Source: an uncultured Chloroflexia bacterium (GTDB taxonomy: Bacteria > Chloroflexota > Limnocylindria > Limnocylindrales > CSP1-4). Taken from it: DNA of 64,000 bases. The translations under genes were made by a program, and so were the position numbers. Within the stretch, counting starts at the first letter, position 1, and each line of letters starts with the position of its first letter. The stretch is from the NCBI GenBank assembly GCA_963746845.1, contig CAVVCZ010000001.1:224001-288000 (forward strand), given 5' to 3'. The notes beneath the pieces were generated by a model, which did not search any database, was not told where the DNA came from, and saw only the letters and a list, made by a program, of their open reading frames with translations. Below, piece by piece: positions 55,014-64,000 of the stretch.

Positions 55014-55739
55014 TCAGACACCGTGGCGGAGCCGCTCGACGAGGCGGATCGGGAGCCCGACCTCACGCATCGCCGCCTGGACGGCCGGCACGTCGTAGGC
55101 GACGCGGTGCCAGGTTCCGGTCCCGGTGTCGGTGTCGAGCTCCAGCCAACCGGCTCGCGGGTCGCCGTCGCGCGGCTGGCCGACGCTGCCGGGATTGAGC
55201 AGCTGGCGGGCGCCGACGTCGTGGGTGACGGTGGCGCCGTCGCGACCCTCGCGACCCGTCACGCGATCGCCCTTCCGGGTCCAGGCGAACGGCAGGTGGG
55301 TGTGCCCGAACAGCCCGAGCGGGGTCGTCAATAGCTCGAGGTTGGCCCGGGCGACGGCCGTCGACATCACGTATTCCCAGATCGGGTCGCGGGGGCTGCC
55401 GTGGCAGAGGAACGTGTCGGCCTCGACGCGGGTCTGGGGCAGGCCCCGCAGCCAGTCGATCGTCGCCGGCGACATGCGCCGCCGCGTCCACTCCATCGCG
55501 GCCTTCGCGTCGTCGTTGAACCAGTCGATCTCGCGGCCGCCGACGGCGGCCCGATCGTGGTTCCCGGCGACGCCCACCGCACCGACGGCTGCCAGCCGGG
55601 CGACGACGGCGTCCGGCTCCGGGCCGTAGCCCACGACGTCGCCGAGATGCCACACGGCGTCGACGGCGCCGGCGCTGTCGAGCACGGCCTCCAGGGCGAC
55701 GAGGTTCGAGTGGATGTCCGACAGCACGGCTACGCGCAC
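55014..55739 (-). CDS. Calcineurin-like metallophosphoesterase
   Basis: SDIHSN, LGDVVGYG, GNHD, HGSP, GHTH, NPGSVGQPRD. Confidence 0.9.
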   Translation of the reverse strand: MRVAVLSDIHSNLVALEAVLDSAGAVDAVWHLGDVVGYGPEPDAVVARLAAVGAVGVAGNHDRAAVGGREIDWFNDDAKAAMEWTRRRMSPATIDWLRGLPQTRVEADTFLCHGSPRDPIWEYVMSTAVARANLELLTTPLGLFGHTHLPFAWTRKGDRVTGREGRDGATVTHDVGARQLLNPGSVGQPRDGDPRAGWLELDTDTGTGTWHRVAYDVPAVQAAMREVGLPIRLVERLRHGV

Positions 55740-55800
55740 GTGGTGAGCCTAGCGCGGAGGGACGCCGCCGGAGCGACCCGGCGCGGGCCGTGGCGCAGCG

Positions 55801-56604
55801 CTACCAGGGCCGGCGCTTGCGGGCAGCGGGATCGCGTGGCCAGCCCGCACCGATCGGACCGCCGGACCGGGTGACGATCACGAGCCGATGGTCGCGGAGG
55901 TCGTCCACGACCGGGCCGGCGTCATCGGGGACGGCGGGCTCTACCGCGATGCGTGCGTCGGGATCCATCGCCGCGATCGCCCTTCGGGCCGCCCCGAGCT
56001 CGGCGCCGTCCTCGCCGGCCAGGGCGCGCTGCGATTTCCAGGCGACCAGCGATCCACCGGGCTCGAGCAACGGGAAGGCCAGCTCGATCAGGTCGGCGAG
56101 CGGCGCGACGGCCCGCGCGATCACGGCCGCCCCGGGAGGCACGGTGCCGGGCGGGATCGCCTCCGCGCGCATCGCCAGAACCTGCACCGGGAGACTCGTG
56201 GCGGCGACCACCGTGTCGAGGAAGCGGGCCTTCTTCCCGACCGATTCGACGAGGACGCCACGACCCGACGCCAGGGTTGCGACGAGCGGGATCCCCGGGA
56301 AGCCCCCGCCACTGCCGAGGTCGACGACGGCCGTCGCGTGCCGAGCCTCCAGCACGCGCAGACCGGTCAGGCTGTCGACGACGTGCCGGATCGCGATCAT
56401 CGCGGGGTCGCGGATCGCAGTGAGATTGATCGCGGCGTTCCACGCGAGGAGCAGCCGGACGTGGGCGTCGATCGTGGCACGGGCGCCGCGTGAAAGAGCG
56501 AGCCCGATCGCGTCCAGCCCCGCGTCGAGGGCGGCGCCATACGCGGTCGGGAGGTCGGGAAGGGTGTCGACGCGCGTCGGGAGCGGGTCCGGCGGACGGT
56601 CCAG
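55801..56604 (-). CDS. rsmG: 16S rRNA m7G527 methyltransferase (probable CTG start)
   Basis: LLAWNAAINLTAI, HVVDSL, DLGSGGGFPGIPL, ESVGKK, ARAVA; AGGAGG 5 nt before CTG 56604. Confidence 0.88.
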   Translation of the reverse strand: MDRPPDPLPTRVDTLPDLPTAYGAALDAGLDAIGLALSRGARATIDAHVRLLLAWNAAINLTAIRDPAMIAIRHVVDSLTGLRVLEARHATAVVDLGSGGGFPGIPLVATLASGRGVLVESVGKKARFLDTVVAATSLPVQVLAMRAEAIPPGTVPPGAAVIARAVAPLADLIELAFPLLEPGGSLVAWKSQRALAGEDGAELGAARRAIAAMDPDARIAVEPAVPDDAGPVVDDLRDHRLVIVTRSGGPIGAGWPRDPAARKRRPW

Positions 56605-56808
56605 GCACCCCTCCTGTCGGTCGTGCCTGTGCGGGCCGTCCGGGGTCCGCTCCCGGCGTCGTCGTACGTCACACCGCGCTCGAACCTGATCTTCCGCTGC
56701 CGGTCCGGTTCGCGGCCGGGTTTCCCCGTGCCCCTCGCCGGCCTCGGTGCCCAGGCGGTCGGTGCGGATGCCGGACGTTAGGGGTCGAGGCGTCCCGCGT
56801 CAATGCGG

Positions 56809-56849
56809 TTATCCACGAATCCACGTTCCCCCCGCGAACCTGTGGACAA
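56809..56849. promoter_or_regulatory. DnaA-box-like cluster
   Basis: TTATCCACG (56809), GAATCCACG (56817), TGTGGACAA (56841, = TTGTCCACA on the minus strand). Confidence 0.5.
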
Positions 56850-56894
56850 GTGACGCCGCTCTGCACCGCGGTGCCGGCGGCCGGGGGCCCTCGG

Positions 56895-58493
56895 TCAGGC
56901 GTGCCGGCGATCCTCGTGCAACGATGGCAGCGCTCGGAGACGCGCCCGTCGGCCGGACTCCGGATCGTCCCCACCGGTGTCGTCGTCGCCGTCCCGGCCG
57001 ATGGCCGCGATCGCCCGCCGGACGATCCGCTCCTCCAGCTCGAGCTCCTCGCCCTCGAGCGCACGGACGAGGGCGGCTTCGATCTCCGCGGTCTGGACGT
57101 CGGCTGGACCCGGCAGGACGAGCACGAACGCGGACCCCGACCCGGGGACCGAGGCGACGTCCAGGTCGCCACCCATCTGTCGGGCGAGGTCCCGGGCGAT
57201 CGGCAGGCCGAGGCCGGTCCCGGTGACCCGCTCGTGGCCGGTGAGCCGCTGGAACCGCTCGAAGATCCGGACCCGGTCCTCCGCGGGGATCCCCTCGCCG
57301 TCGTCTCGGACGACGAGGACGGCGGCGAGCCCGTCCACCCGGCCCTCGATCTCGACGCTCCCGCCGGTCGGCGTGAACTTCAGGGCGTTCGCGACGAGGT
57401 TCGTGAGGATCTGCTCCACCCGCCGACGGTCGCCGGTGGCGACACGCATGCGCGGTGGCAGGGTCGTCGTCAGCCGCGTCCCGTGGTCGATTGCGATCGG
57501 CAGCAGGCTCGAGGCGACCTGGGCCCCGGCCTCGGCGATCGAGAACGGACCGACCTCGAGATTGATCGTGCCCGACTCCAGCCGCGACAGCTCGAGGAGA
57601 TCGCCGACGAGGTCCGTCATGGACCCGACGATCGACCGGCTCCGCTCGAGGAAGTCGCGCTCGACGGATGGATCGAGGACCTGGCCGCCGAGGATCAGCT
57701 CGAGGTACCCGCGGAGGCCGGTCAGCGGCGTGCGCAGCTCGTGCGCGACGGTCGACACGAAGGTCGTCCGCTCGGCGTCCCGCGCCCGCAGGTTCGCCAG
57801 CTCGCGCTCGCTCGCGAGCTGGCTCGTGACGAGCGACAGGGCGACGCCGACGTGGCGGGCCATCGTGGGCGGCAGGCGCTCGGCCAGACGGGCGGCGTCG
57901 ACCGGCCGGCCGAACTCGAACCCGAGGGCGACGTCGCCCGCCGTCGGGATCGGCAGGATCGCGAAGTGACGCGGCCGGTCGAGCTCCTCGACGGCGGCGT
58001 CGGCGTTGGTCGCGGCCACCGTCGCGAGCTCGTCCTCGACGTCGTCGGCGAGCGGCCGGGGCTCCTCGATGGACGGATCCTCGACCCGGGCCCGGCCGCC
58101 GACGATGAACGAGATCGGGGCCCGTCCGGCGGCCGCTCGGCGCGCGCGGGAGCGGGGGGCGTGCGCATCGAGCCAGGCGGCGAGCTCCTCCGCCTCCGCC
58201 GGGTTCTCGTCCTCGTCGATCGCGACGGCCGCCCGTCGCTCGATCCCGTCGGCGACGACGGCGACCCGCCGCGCCCCGACCGTGCGGGCGAGGAGGCGCA
58301 GCAGGCCCGCGAGGCGCTCCTCGGCGGTCTGGTCCGAGGCGAGGATGTCCAGCGCCCGGGCGAGAAGGACCTTCTCCTGGTGGGCGACCCGGTCCTCGGC
58401 GCGCCGGTAGTTCTGGCGGCGCTCGACGAATGGCGCGGGTGGGGCGACGGTCGGCAGCTGCGGCGGCAGGCCGTCCTGGCGCTGGTCGGTCAT
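56895..58493 (-). CDS. Cytoplasmic sensor histidine kinase
   Basis: HELRTPL, NLVANALKF, DDGEGI, GTGLGL; no TM; no adjacent response regulator. Confidence 0.9.
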   Translation of the reverse strand: MTDQRQDGLPPQLPTVAPPAPFVERRQNYRRAEDRVAHQEKVLLARALDILASDQTAEERLAGLLRLLARTVGARRVAVVADGIERRAAVAIDEDENPAEAEELAAWLDAHAPRSRARRAAAGRAPISFIVGGRARVEDPSIEEPRPLADDVEDELATVAATNADAAVEELDRPRHFAILPIPTAGDVALGFEFGRPVDAARLAERLPPTMARHVGVALSLVTSQLASERELANLRARDAERTTFVSTVAHELRTPLTGLRGYLELILGGQVLDPSVERDFLERSRSIVGSMTDLVGDLLELSRLESGTINLEVGPFSIAEAGAQVASSLLPIAIDHGTRLTTTLPPRMRVATGDRRRVEQILTNLVANALKFTPTGGSVEIEGRVDGLAAVLVVRDDGEGIPAEDRVRIFERFQRLTGHERVTGTGLGLPIARDLARQMGGDLDVASVPGSGSAFVLVLPGPADVQTAEIEAALVRALEGEELELEERIVRRAIAAIGRDGDDDTGGDDPESGRRARLRALPSLHEDRRHA

Positions 58494-58683
58494 CGGGTCC
58501 TTGCTGTCCGCCCGGTTTCCGGGAACGGTCGGCCGACCGCTCATCGATCGGCCGCCCGATCGTGGCCGGTGCGGCCGAGGCTCGGTATCACCCGGCAGCC
58601 GGAACGGGATGGTTCGGAAGTACGGGGTCCGGTGGGAGGGGGAGCGAGGGGGTGCGCTGCGGTCGCGGAGGTTGCCGGGCTCA

Positions 58684-59073
58684 TCAGGCTGAACGAGCGC
58701 TCCCGCGGACGGGCCGGCCCAGGGTCCTCCGGACGACGTCGATCACCTCGTCAACATACTCGTCCGCCTGGCCCTCCTCGGCCGCCGTCCGGACACAGCC
58801 CTGGACGTGGTCCTCGAGGACGAGGATCGAGACGGCGTCCACGGCCGCCCGAAGGGCCGCGGTCTGCTGGAGGATGTCGACGCAGTACTCCTCGCGCTCG
58901 ATCATCCGCGCGATGCCCCGCACCTGGCCCTCCATCCGCGACAGGCGACGGACGAGACTCGACTTGTCCTTCGAGTAGCTGTGGCGGAAGTTCGCGGGCG
59001 GCGGCGCCGGCGAGCGCCGGGTCGCGGGAGCTGGCACGGGCGGTCTCCGAGCGTCGGGGTGGTCGTCCGTCAT
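58684..59073 (-). CDS. csoR: CsoR/RcnR-family metal-sensing repressor
   Basis: RLSRMEGQVRGIARMI..YCVDILQQ..EDHVQGC (C-H-C ligands); exact start uncertain. Confidence 0.85.
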   Translation of the reverse strand: MTDDHPDARRPPVPAPATRRSPAPPPANFRHSYSKDKSSLVRRLSRMEGQVRGIARMIEREEYCVDILQQTAALRAAVDAVSILVLEDHVQGCVRTAAEEGQADEYVDEVIDVVRRTLGRPVRGSARSA

Positions 59074-59092
59074 GATACCCCCCAGGGGTATC
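59074..59092. promoter_or_regulatory. CsoR-type operator
   Basis: GATACCCC-CCA-GGGGTATC, the C/G-tract palindrome typical of CsoR sites; overlaps TATCAT -10 on the minus strand. Confidence 0.8.
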
Positions 59093-59172
59093 GCGCCGCA
59101 ACGACCGCGACAGGCCCGTCCGGCGGTCGTCCCGGGCACGATGTCCGACCCGACCCGGTAGACTTTCCGCCG

Positions 59173-59541
59173 ATGGATCCGCGCGACGACCTCGATTCGC
59201 TCGCCGGCGGGGTTGGCTGCGCCGCCTGCGGCGAGCTCGTCCCGACCGATCGGATCCGCATCCTCGCCCGGCGCGACGACCTCGTCTTCGTCGAGATCGC
59301 CTGTCCGGGCTGCCGGAGCGACTCGCTCGGGATCGTGATCGGAACGGACGACGAGCCGGTCGAGGCCGTCGGGCCGGGTCCGACGTACGGCGAGTTCGGC
59401 CCAGGCGACGTCGAGCGCTTCCGCGAGGCGTTGCCGATCGAGGCGGCCGATGTCGAGGCCGTCCGGCGCGCCCTCGGCCGGGGTGGCCTCGCCGCCCTCG
59501 TCGGGCGATCCGAGCCGCCGGCGTCCGGACCGGCCCGGTGA
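59173..59541 (+). CDS. Small Zn-ribbon protein
   Basis: CAAC...CPGC; TAGACT 8 nt before ATG. Confidence 0.7.
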   Translation: MDPRDDLDSLAGGVGCAACGELVPTDRIRILARRDDLVFVEIACPGCRSDSLGIVIGTDDEPVEAVGPGPTYGEFGPGDVERFREALPIEAADVEAVRRALGRGGLAALVGRSEPPASGPAR

Positions 59542-60158
59542 CGGCCGACCGGGCGACGGAATCCGGCAATCGGCGTCGCAACCGCCGCAGGACCGCGGCT
59601 CGTTCGGCCCGGGCGCGGCTCACCCGCGAGCTCTCCGCGGTCGCCCTCGAGCCCGCGGTCGAGCCGCGCGCCTTCGAGACGATCCTCACCCCCGGGGCCA
59701 TCCTCGCGGACCCGCGGTTCGAGGCCTTCGGTGCAGCGCCGCCACCGGATCGTCCGCGGCCGGCCTTTGCCCACGCGAGCGAGGAGGAGATGGCCCGGAT
59801 CCTCGACTTCTACCGGATCCGATGGGAGTACGAGCCCCATACCTTCCCGATCCTGTGGAATCTCGACGGCCTCGTCGTCGAGAGCTTCTCGCCGGATTTC
59901 TGGCTGCCGGACCTCGACCTCTATCTCGAGATGACCACCCTCCGCCAGCGGCTCGTCCGGAAGAAGAACCGCAAGCTCCGCCGGATCCACGAGCTGTACC
60001 CGGACATCCGGGTGAAGCTGTTCTACGCGCGCGACTTCCGCGCACTGATGCTGAAGTTCGGGCGCCTCGCGCTCGCCGACGAGCTGAGCGGCTCGTCGGG
60101 CCAGGTCGTCCCGGATCGGGCGAGCGACGACGACGAGACGTCCGGGGACGGCGCATGA
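59538..60158 (+). CDS. Putative PD-(D/E)xK-fold protein
   Basis: SEEEMARILD..WEYEP..FSPDFWL..YLEMTT..KNRKLRR. Confidence 0.65.
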   Translation: MTADRATESGNRRRNRRRTAARSARARLTRELSAVALEPAVEPRAFETILTPGAILADPRFEAFGAAPPPDRPRPAFAHASEEEMARILDFYRIRWEYEPHTFPILWNLDGLVVESFSPDFWLPDLDLYLEMTTLRQRLVRKKNRKLRRIHELYPDIRVKLFYARDFRALMLKFGRLALADELSGSSGQVVPDRASDDDETSGDGA

Positions 60159-60721
60159 CCGGCAAGATCGACCTCCAGGGCGACATCGGCGAGATCCTCC
60201 TGACCGAGGAGCAGATCGCCGACAAGGTCGCCGAGCTCGGGGCGCGGATCGGGGCCGACTACGGCGATCGGCGTCTCACCCTGGTCTCCGTGCTCAAGGG
60301 ATCGCTGCCGTTCATGGCCGACCTGATGCGGGCCATCCCCTCACCCGTCCGGATCGACCTCATGGAGGTCAGCTCCTACGGCGGCACGTCGACCGAGTCG
60401 TCCGGGCTCGTCCGGATCCTCAAGGACCTCTCGGCGACGATCGCCGGCGAGGACGTGCTGATCGTGGAGGACATCATCGACACCGGGCTGACGCTCAATT
60501 ACCTCATTCGCTACCTGCGCGGGAAGAACCCGGCCTCGCTCCGGATCTGCACGCTGCTGGACAAGCCGGCCCGGCGGCTCGTCGACATCCCGGTCGACTA
60601 CATCGGGTTCACGATCCCGGACCAGTTCGTCGTCGGCTATGGCCTCGACTACGGCGAGTACTACCGGAACCTGCGGTTCGTCGGCGTCCTCAAGCCCGAG
60701 GTCTACACGAGCGCCGAATGA
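60155..60721 (+). CDS. hpt: Hypoxanthine phosphoribosyltransferase
   Basis: VLKGS, VSSYG, VLIVEDIIDTGLTL, FVVGYGLDY..YRNL. Confidence 0.95.
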   Translation: MTGKIDLQGDIGEILLTEEQIADKVAELGARIGADYGDRRLTLVSVLKGSLPFMADLMRAIPSPVRIDLMEVSSYGGTSTESSGLVRILKDLSATIAGEDVLIVEDIIDTGLTLNYLIRYLRGKNPASLRICTLLDKPARRLVDIPVDYIGFTIPDQFVVGYGLDYGEYYRNLRFVGVLKPEVYTSAE

Positions 60722-61143
60722 CGATGCACCGACGACCGCTCGGCGGCGCGCGCCGCCTGGCGGGCCTTGCCGCGATCCTGATCATCGTCGCCTGCCTGCT
60801 GCCGTGGTTCGGGACATCGACCGACGCCGGCCTCCCGCCATTGACCGGCAACGCGTTCAGCGGCAGCGGGATCGTCGTCTTCTTCGTCGGCCTCGCGGTG
60901 ATCGCGCTGCTCGCGCTGCCGTACGCGGCCGGCGACACGCCCGTGGGCCTGGATCGGCCGCTGAGCTTCCTGATCCTGACCGTGATCGGCTGGATCGCCC
61001 TCGCGATCCGCGCGATCGACCTGGCCCTGACGAACGTCGAGGTCCTCTTCCCGACCCGCGCCTACGGCCTGTGGCTCGCCGCGCTCGGCCTGATCCTGCT
61101 GAGCAGAGCGGTCTATGACATGTCGCGCGAGCGACGCGTCTAG
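60718..61143 (+). CDS. Hypothetical 4-TM membrane protein
   Basis: CLLPWF..YGLWL, hydrophobic, ATGA-coupled to hpt. Confidence 0.75.
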   Translation: MTMHRRPLGGARRLAGLAAILIIVACLLPWFGTSTDAGLPPLTGNAFSGSGIVVFFVGLAVIALLALPYAAGDTPVGLDRPLSFLILTVIGWIALAIRAIDLALTNVEVLFPTRAYGLWLAALGLILLSRAVYDMSRERRV

Positions 61144-61148
61144 TCAGC

Positions 61149-61272
61149 GGCTGTCGCGCCCGAACGCCGATGGGTGCGTTGCCGGCTGCGGTCCGCGCTC
61201 ACGCACCTTGAAGTGCGCTCGCTTACGGTCCTCCCCGGGGCCTTCCCCTCGACGCCCGAGCGCGACGAACGC
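61149..61272. repeat. 124-bp structured dispersed repeat, copy 3
   Basis: Same ends, length and core as 52333-52456; lies between convergent genes. Confidence 0.8.
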
Positions 61273-61286
61273 AGTGGCGTGCGGTC

Positions 61287-62564
61287 CTACCGTCCGGTTG
61301 GACTCAACCAGACGGTGGGGATGTAGTTGTCCGGGGCGCCGACCGTGCCCGTCGCGACATAGCCGGGGCCGTCCGGGACGACCGCCTGCGGCTCACCCTG
61401 GCCGAACGACGCCTGATCCGGCATCCGCGTCCACGTCCGACCATCCGGTGACGTCCAGGCCGTGCCCTGCCCGAACTGCTGGCCGAACAGGAAGTGGCCG
61501 ACCGCGACGAGCTCGCCCGACGGCCCGGCCACGACGTCCGCCATCGTGATCCCGAGGCCGTGGTAGACGAGCGAGTCCTGGCTCGGCGCGACCCCCCAGG
61601 TCCGGCCGTCCGTCGACAGCCAGATCATCGCCGCCCTCGAGGCGAGGTCGGAGCCCACCGCGACGTAGCCCGGGCCGCCGGCCGCCACCGACGCCATCTG
61701 CCCCGCGCGGAACATGTCACCCCCGTCGACGCGTTCCCAGCTCCGCCCATCGGCAGACCGCCAGACGGCCGATCCCGTCGCATGCCCCACGGGACCGGTC
61801 GTCCCGACAGCGACGAGGCCGCCCGGCCCGGCCGCGATCGCGGCGACCCGCCCATCGGCCATCGCCGGCGTGTCGGGCAGGCGGGTCCACGACGAACCAT
61901 CCGGCGAAGTCCAGAAGCGGGCGGAACCGGGCTGGTTGACGACCCCTGCCCAGCCGCCCGAGACGAACCCGCCCGGACCGGCGACGACGGTCGTCATCCG
62001 CGTCTCCGGGGCCTCGACGAACGTCGACCCGCCGGCCACGGGCTCCCACGCGACGCCGTCGGACGACGTCCAGGCCGCGGCGTCGTTGTTGATCCGGCCA
62101 ACGACCGCGACATGTCCGACGGTCGGGCCGGTCGGGGCGCCGGCGGCGATCGCCAGCGCAAACGCCCCGTCCACGGTCGTCGGCAGGCCGGCCAGCGTCC
62201 AGCGGTGACGATCGGGCGAGGCCGAGGTCCAGGTGACCGGGACGAAGTCGGGGAACGTGTAGCCCACGGCGATCAGCCGCTCGCCGACCGCCGCGAGGTC
62301 GTACGGATTGCCCTGGCTCGCGAAGTGGCCCGGATGTCCCAGGCCCCCGCCGCTCCCGACCGGTGGGACCGACGGCGGCGCTGCGCCCATGCCCGCCGGT
62401 CGTTCGACGTCGGCCGTCTCCCAGTCGAGGCCCGGCGGGCCCGGGGCGTGGCTGGCGGCGATCGGGGAGGCGGGTCCGGGCGAGGTCACGTCCGACCCAC
62501 ACCCGCCGGCGAGCGCGAGGGCGACGACGGCTGCCACGACGCGACGGGCCGAGCCCGGGATCAC
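61287..62564 (-). CDS. Exported (lipo)protein with Asp-box-like WxSxDG repeats (probable beta-propeller)
   Basis: Signal ending AGGC; WTSSDG, WTSPDG, WRSADG, WLSTDG repeats. Confidence 0.75.
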   Translation of the reverse strand: MIPGSARRVVAAVVALALAGGCGSDVTSPGPASPIAASHAPGPPGLDWETADVERPAGMGAAPPSVPPVGSGGGLGHPGHFASQGNPYDLAAVGERLIAVGYTFPDFVPVTWTSASPDRHRWTLAGLPTTVDGAFALAIAAGAPTGPTVGHVAVVGRINNDAAAWTSSDGVAWEPVAGGSTFVEAPETRMTTVVAGPGGFVSGGWAGVVNQPGSARFWTSPDGSSWTRLPDTPAMADGRVAAIAAGPGGLVAVGTTGPVGHATGSAVWRSADGRSWERVDGGDMFRAGQMASVAAGGPGYVAVGSDLASRAAMIWLSTDGRTWGVAPSQDSLVYHGLGITMADVVAGPSGELVAVGHFLFGQQFGQGTAWTSPDGRTWTRMPDQASFGQGEPQAVVPDGPGYVATGTVGAPDNYIPTVWLSPTGR

Positions 62565-63328
62565 GGCAGGGCCCGGATCATCCCGCCGTCGATCGGAACG
62601 ATGGCGCCGCTCACGTAGCTCGCGGCGGGCGACAGGAGGAACGCCCCGAGGCGGCCGACCTCGGCCGGGTCGCCGTATCGGCCGAGCGGGATCCGGGCGA
62701 TCGTCTCGCGCTGGATCTCCTCGACCGGCCGGCCGGTCGCGGTCGCGCGCAACCCGTCGAGGTGGGCGATCCGGGCCGTCGAGACGCGGCCGGGGGCGAT
62801 CCCGTTGATCCGGACCGGGGCGATCTCCGCGGCGAGCGATTTCACGAGCCCGGCCAGCCCGGGTCGGAGGACATTCGACGTCGTGAGGTACGGGATCGGC
62901 TCGCGAACGGAGCTCGAGAGGATGATCAGGATCGCCGGCGCCGACGACGCCTGGAGGTGGGGCAGGCCCGCCCGGATCAGGCGGATCGCGCTGAGCAGGA
63001 CGCCGTCGATCGCGGCGGTCCAGGTCGCCTCGTCGAGGTCCGTGAACCCGCCGCCGGCCGGGCCGCCGCTGTTGACGACGAGGAGGTCGAGGCCGCCCAG
63101 GGCGGCGGCGGCGGTGTCGACCGCATCGGCGGGACCGTCCGCGGTCGAGAGGTCGGCCGGGACCGCGAGCCCGTGGGTTGCGGCCGCCGCCTCGTCGAGG
63201 CGCGCTCCGGGTCTCGCCGTCAGCGCAACCCGGGCGCCCTCGACGGAGAGCTCGGTGGCGATCGCCCGGCCGAGCCCGCTCGAGGCCCCACCGACCAGCG
63301 CGCGGAGACCGTTCAGCCCGAGGTCCAT
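62561..63328 (-). CDS. SDR-family oxidoreductase
   Basis: GGASSGLG, VNSGGP, SNVLR, NGIAPG, IDGG. Confidence 0.9.
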   Translation of the reverse strand: MDLGLNGLRALVGGASSGLGRAIATELSVEGARVALTARPGARLDEAAAATHGLAVPADLSTADGPADAVDTAAAALGGLDLLVVNSGGPAGGGFTDLDEATWTAAIDGVLLSAIRLIRAGLPHLQASSAPAILIILSSSVREPIPYLTTSNVLRPGLAGLVKSLAAEIAPVRINGIAPGRVSTARIAHLDGLRATATGRPVEEIQRETIARIPLGRYGDPAEVGRLGAFLLSPAASYVSGAIVPIDGGMIRALP

Positions 63329-63332
63329 CGCC

Positions 63333-63998
63333 TCATGGTACGGGCGCTCCGGCGGTGCTCGCAGCCGGGGCGTCAGGGGCGGGGATGCGGACCGCCCACA
63401 TGCGTTCGTAGGCGCCGGCCTGGAGCGCGAAGATGTACTCGCCGGGTGCCCAGAGGTCCGTCCGCACGTGACCGGGAACGACCGGCGGGGCGTACAGGGC
63501 GCCGAGCGGCGGCACGAGCGTCGGGCTTGCGCTGTGGAGGACGAGCGGGCTCGCGATCCGGACCGGCCCGCCGCTGGAATCGTCCGTCGTCACGAACCAC
63601 GCATGGATCTCGACGCCGTCCGGGGGCCGCTCTGGTCCGGCCCACGGCCCGCAGAAGCCGAGGGCCTCGATCTCCGGGCTCATCGGGATGACACCGGTTG
63701 CCGGATCCATTGGGATTGACGTCGCCGTCGCCGGGGTCATCGTCCGCCAGGACCGGAGCGTGCCGCCCGGCCAGCGCTCGCGGCTGAACACCCGCCAGCC
63801 CGGCGGATCTTGGCAGTCGATCCGGATCCCGGCCAGCGGATCGACAGACGGGCGCTCGGTGGGCGGCGGCGTCGCCGGGCGGGGCGTGAACGCCGGACCG
63901 CCGGCCTCGGGCCACGGCTTGACGAACGCGATCGCCACGAAGATGGCGACCGCGACGACGATGACGCCCGGGCCGCGACCCGCACCGCCGATCCGGAC
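63333..63998 (-). CDS. Hypothetical membrane-anchored protein, 5'-truncated by window edge
   Basis: Frame open to the edge; TM ending VKPW then a Pro-rich linker. Confidence 0.6.
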   Translation of the reverse strand, partial: VRIGGAGRGPGVIVVAVAIFVAIAFVKPWPEAGGPAFTPRPATPPPTERPSVDPLAGIRIDCQDPPGWRVFSRERWPGGTLRSWRTMTPATATSIPMDPATGVIPMSPEIEALGFCGPWAGPERPPDGVEIHAWFVTTDDSSGGPVRIASPLVLHSASPTLVPPLGALYAPPVVPGHVRTDLWAPGEYIFALQAGAYERMWAVRIPAPDAPAASTAGAPVP

Positions 63999-64000
63999 CA

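Overview
Very GC-rich bacterial chromosomal segment. Gene content and style suggest a monoderm, probably Chloroflexota (inference, no marker gene in the window). It is mostly housekeeping, and I see no rRNA, tRNA, CRISPR array, transposase or prophage. Main blocks in order: (1) a protein O-mannosyltransferase tail plus an [11 protein letters not shown]1-2x acyltransferase-PHP-pimA operon for phosphatidylinositol-mannoside-like lipids; (2) MFS, CorA, a sortase-fold protein with Ser in place of the catalytic Cys, and a VOC/UvrA2/AraC cassette; (3) a complex I (nuo) operon with a rebuilt electron-input arm: nuoI is split in two, its N-half fused to a truncated NuoE and its C-half fused to the end of a NuoG/GltD (FAD/NADPH-type) protein, with a degenerate NuoF between them; (4) a MidA-like methyltransferase, folK, glpX and purH; (5) an hspR-lon-dnaJ-clpB operon with a HAIR-like operator variant; (6) a K+ cluster (KimA-like, USP, 2x TrkA, CPA2); (7) rsmG, a histidine kinase, csoR with its operator, and hpt. 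Non-coding signals include a 124-bp structured dispersed repeat with compensatory base changes, many apparently leaderless genes, three probable CTG starts and a small DnaA-box cluster. Family assignments come from motif recognition by eye, not from database searches.
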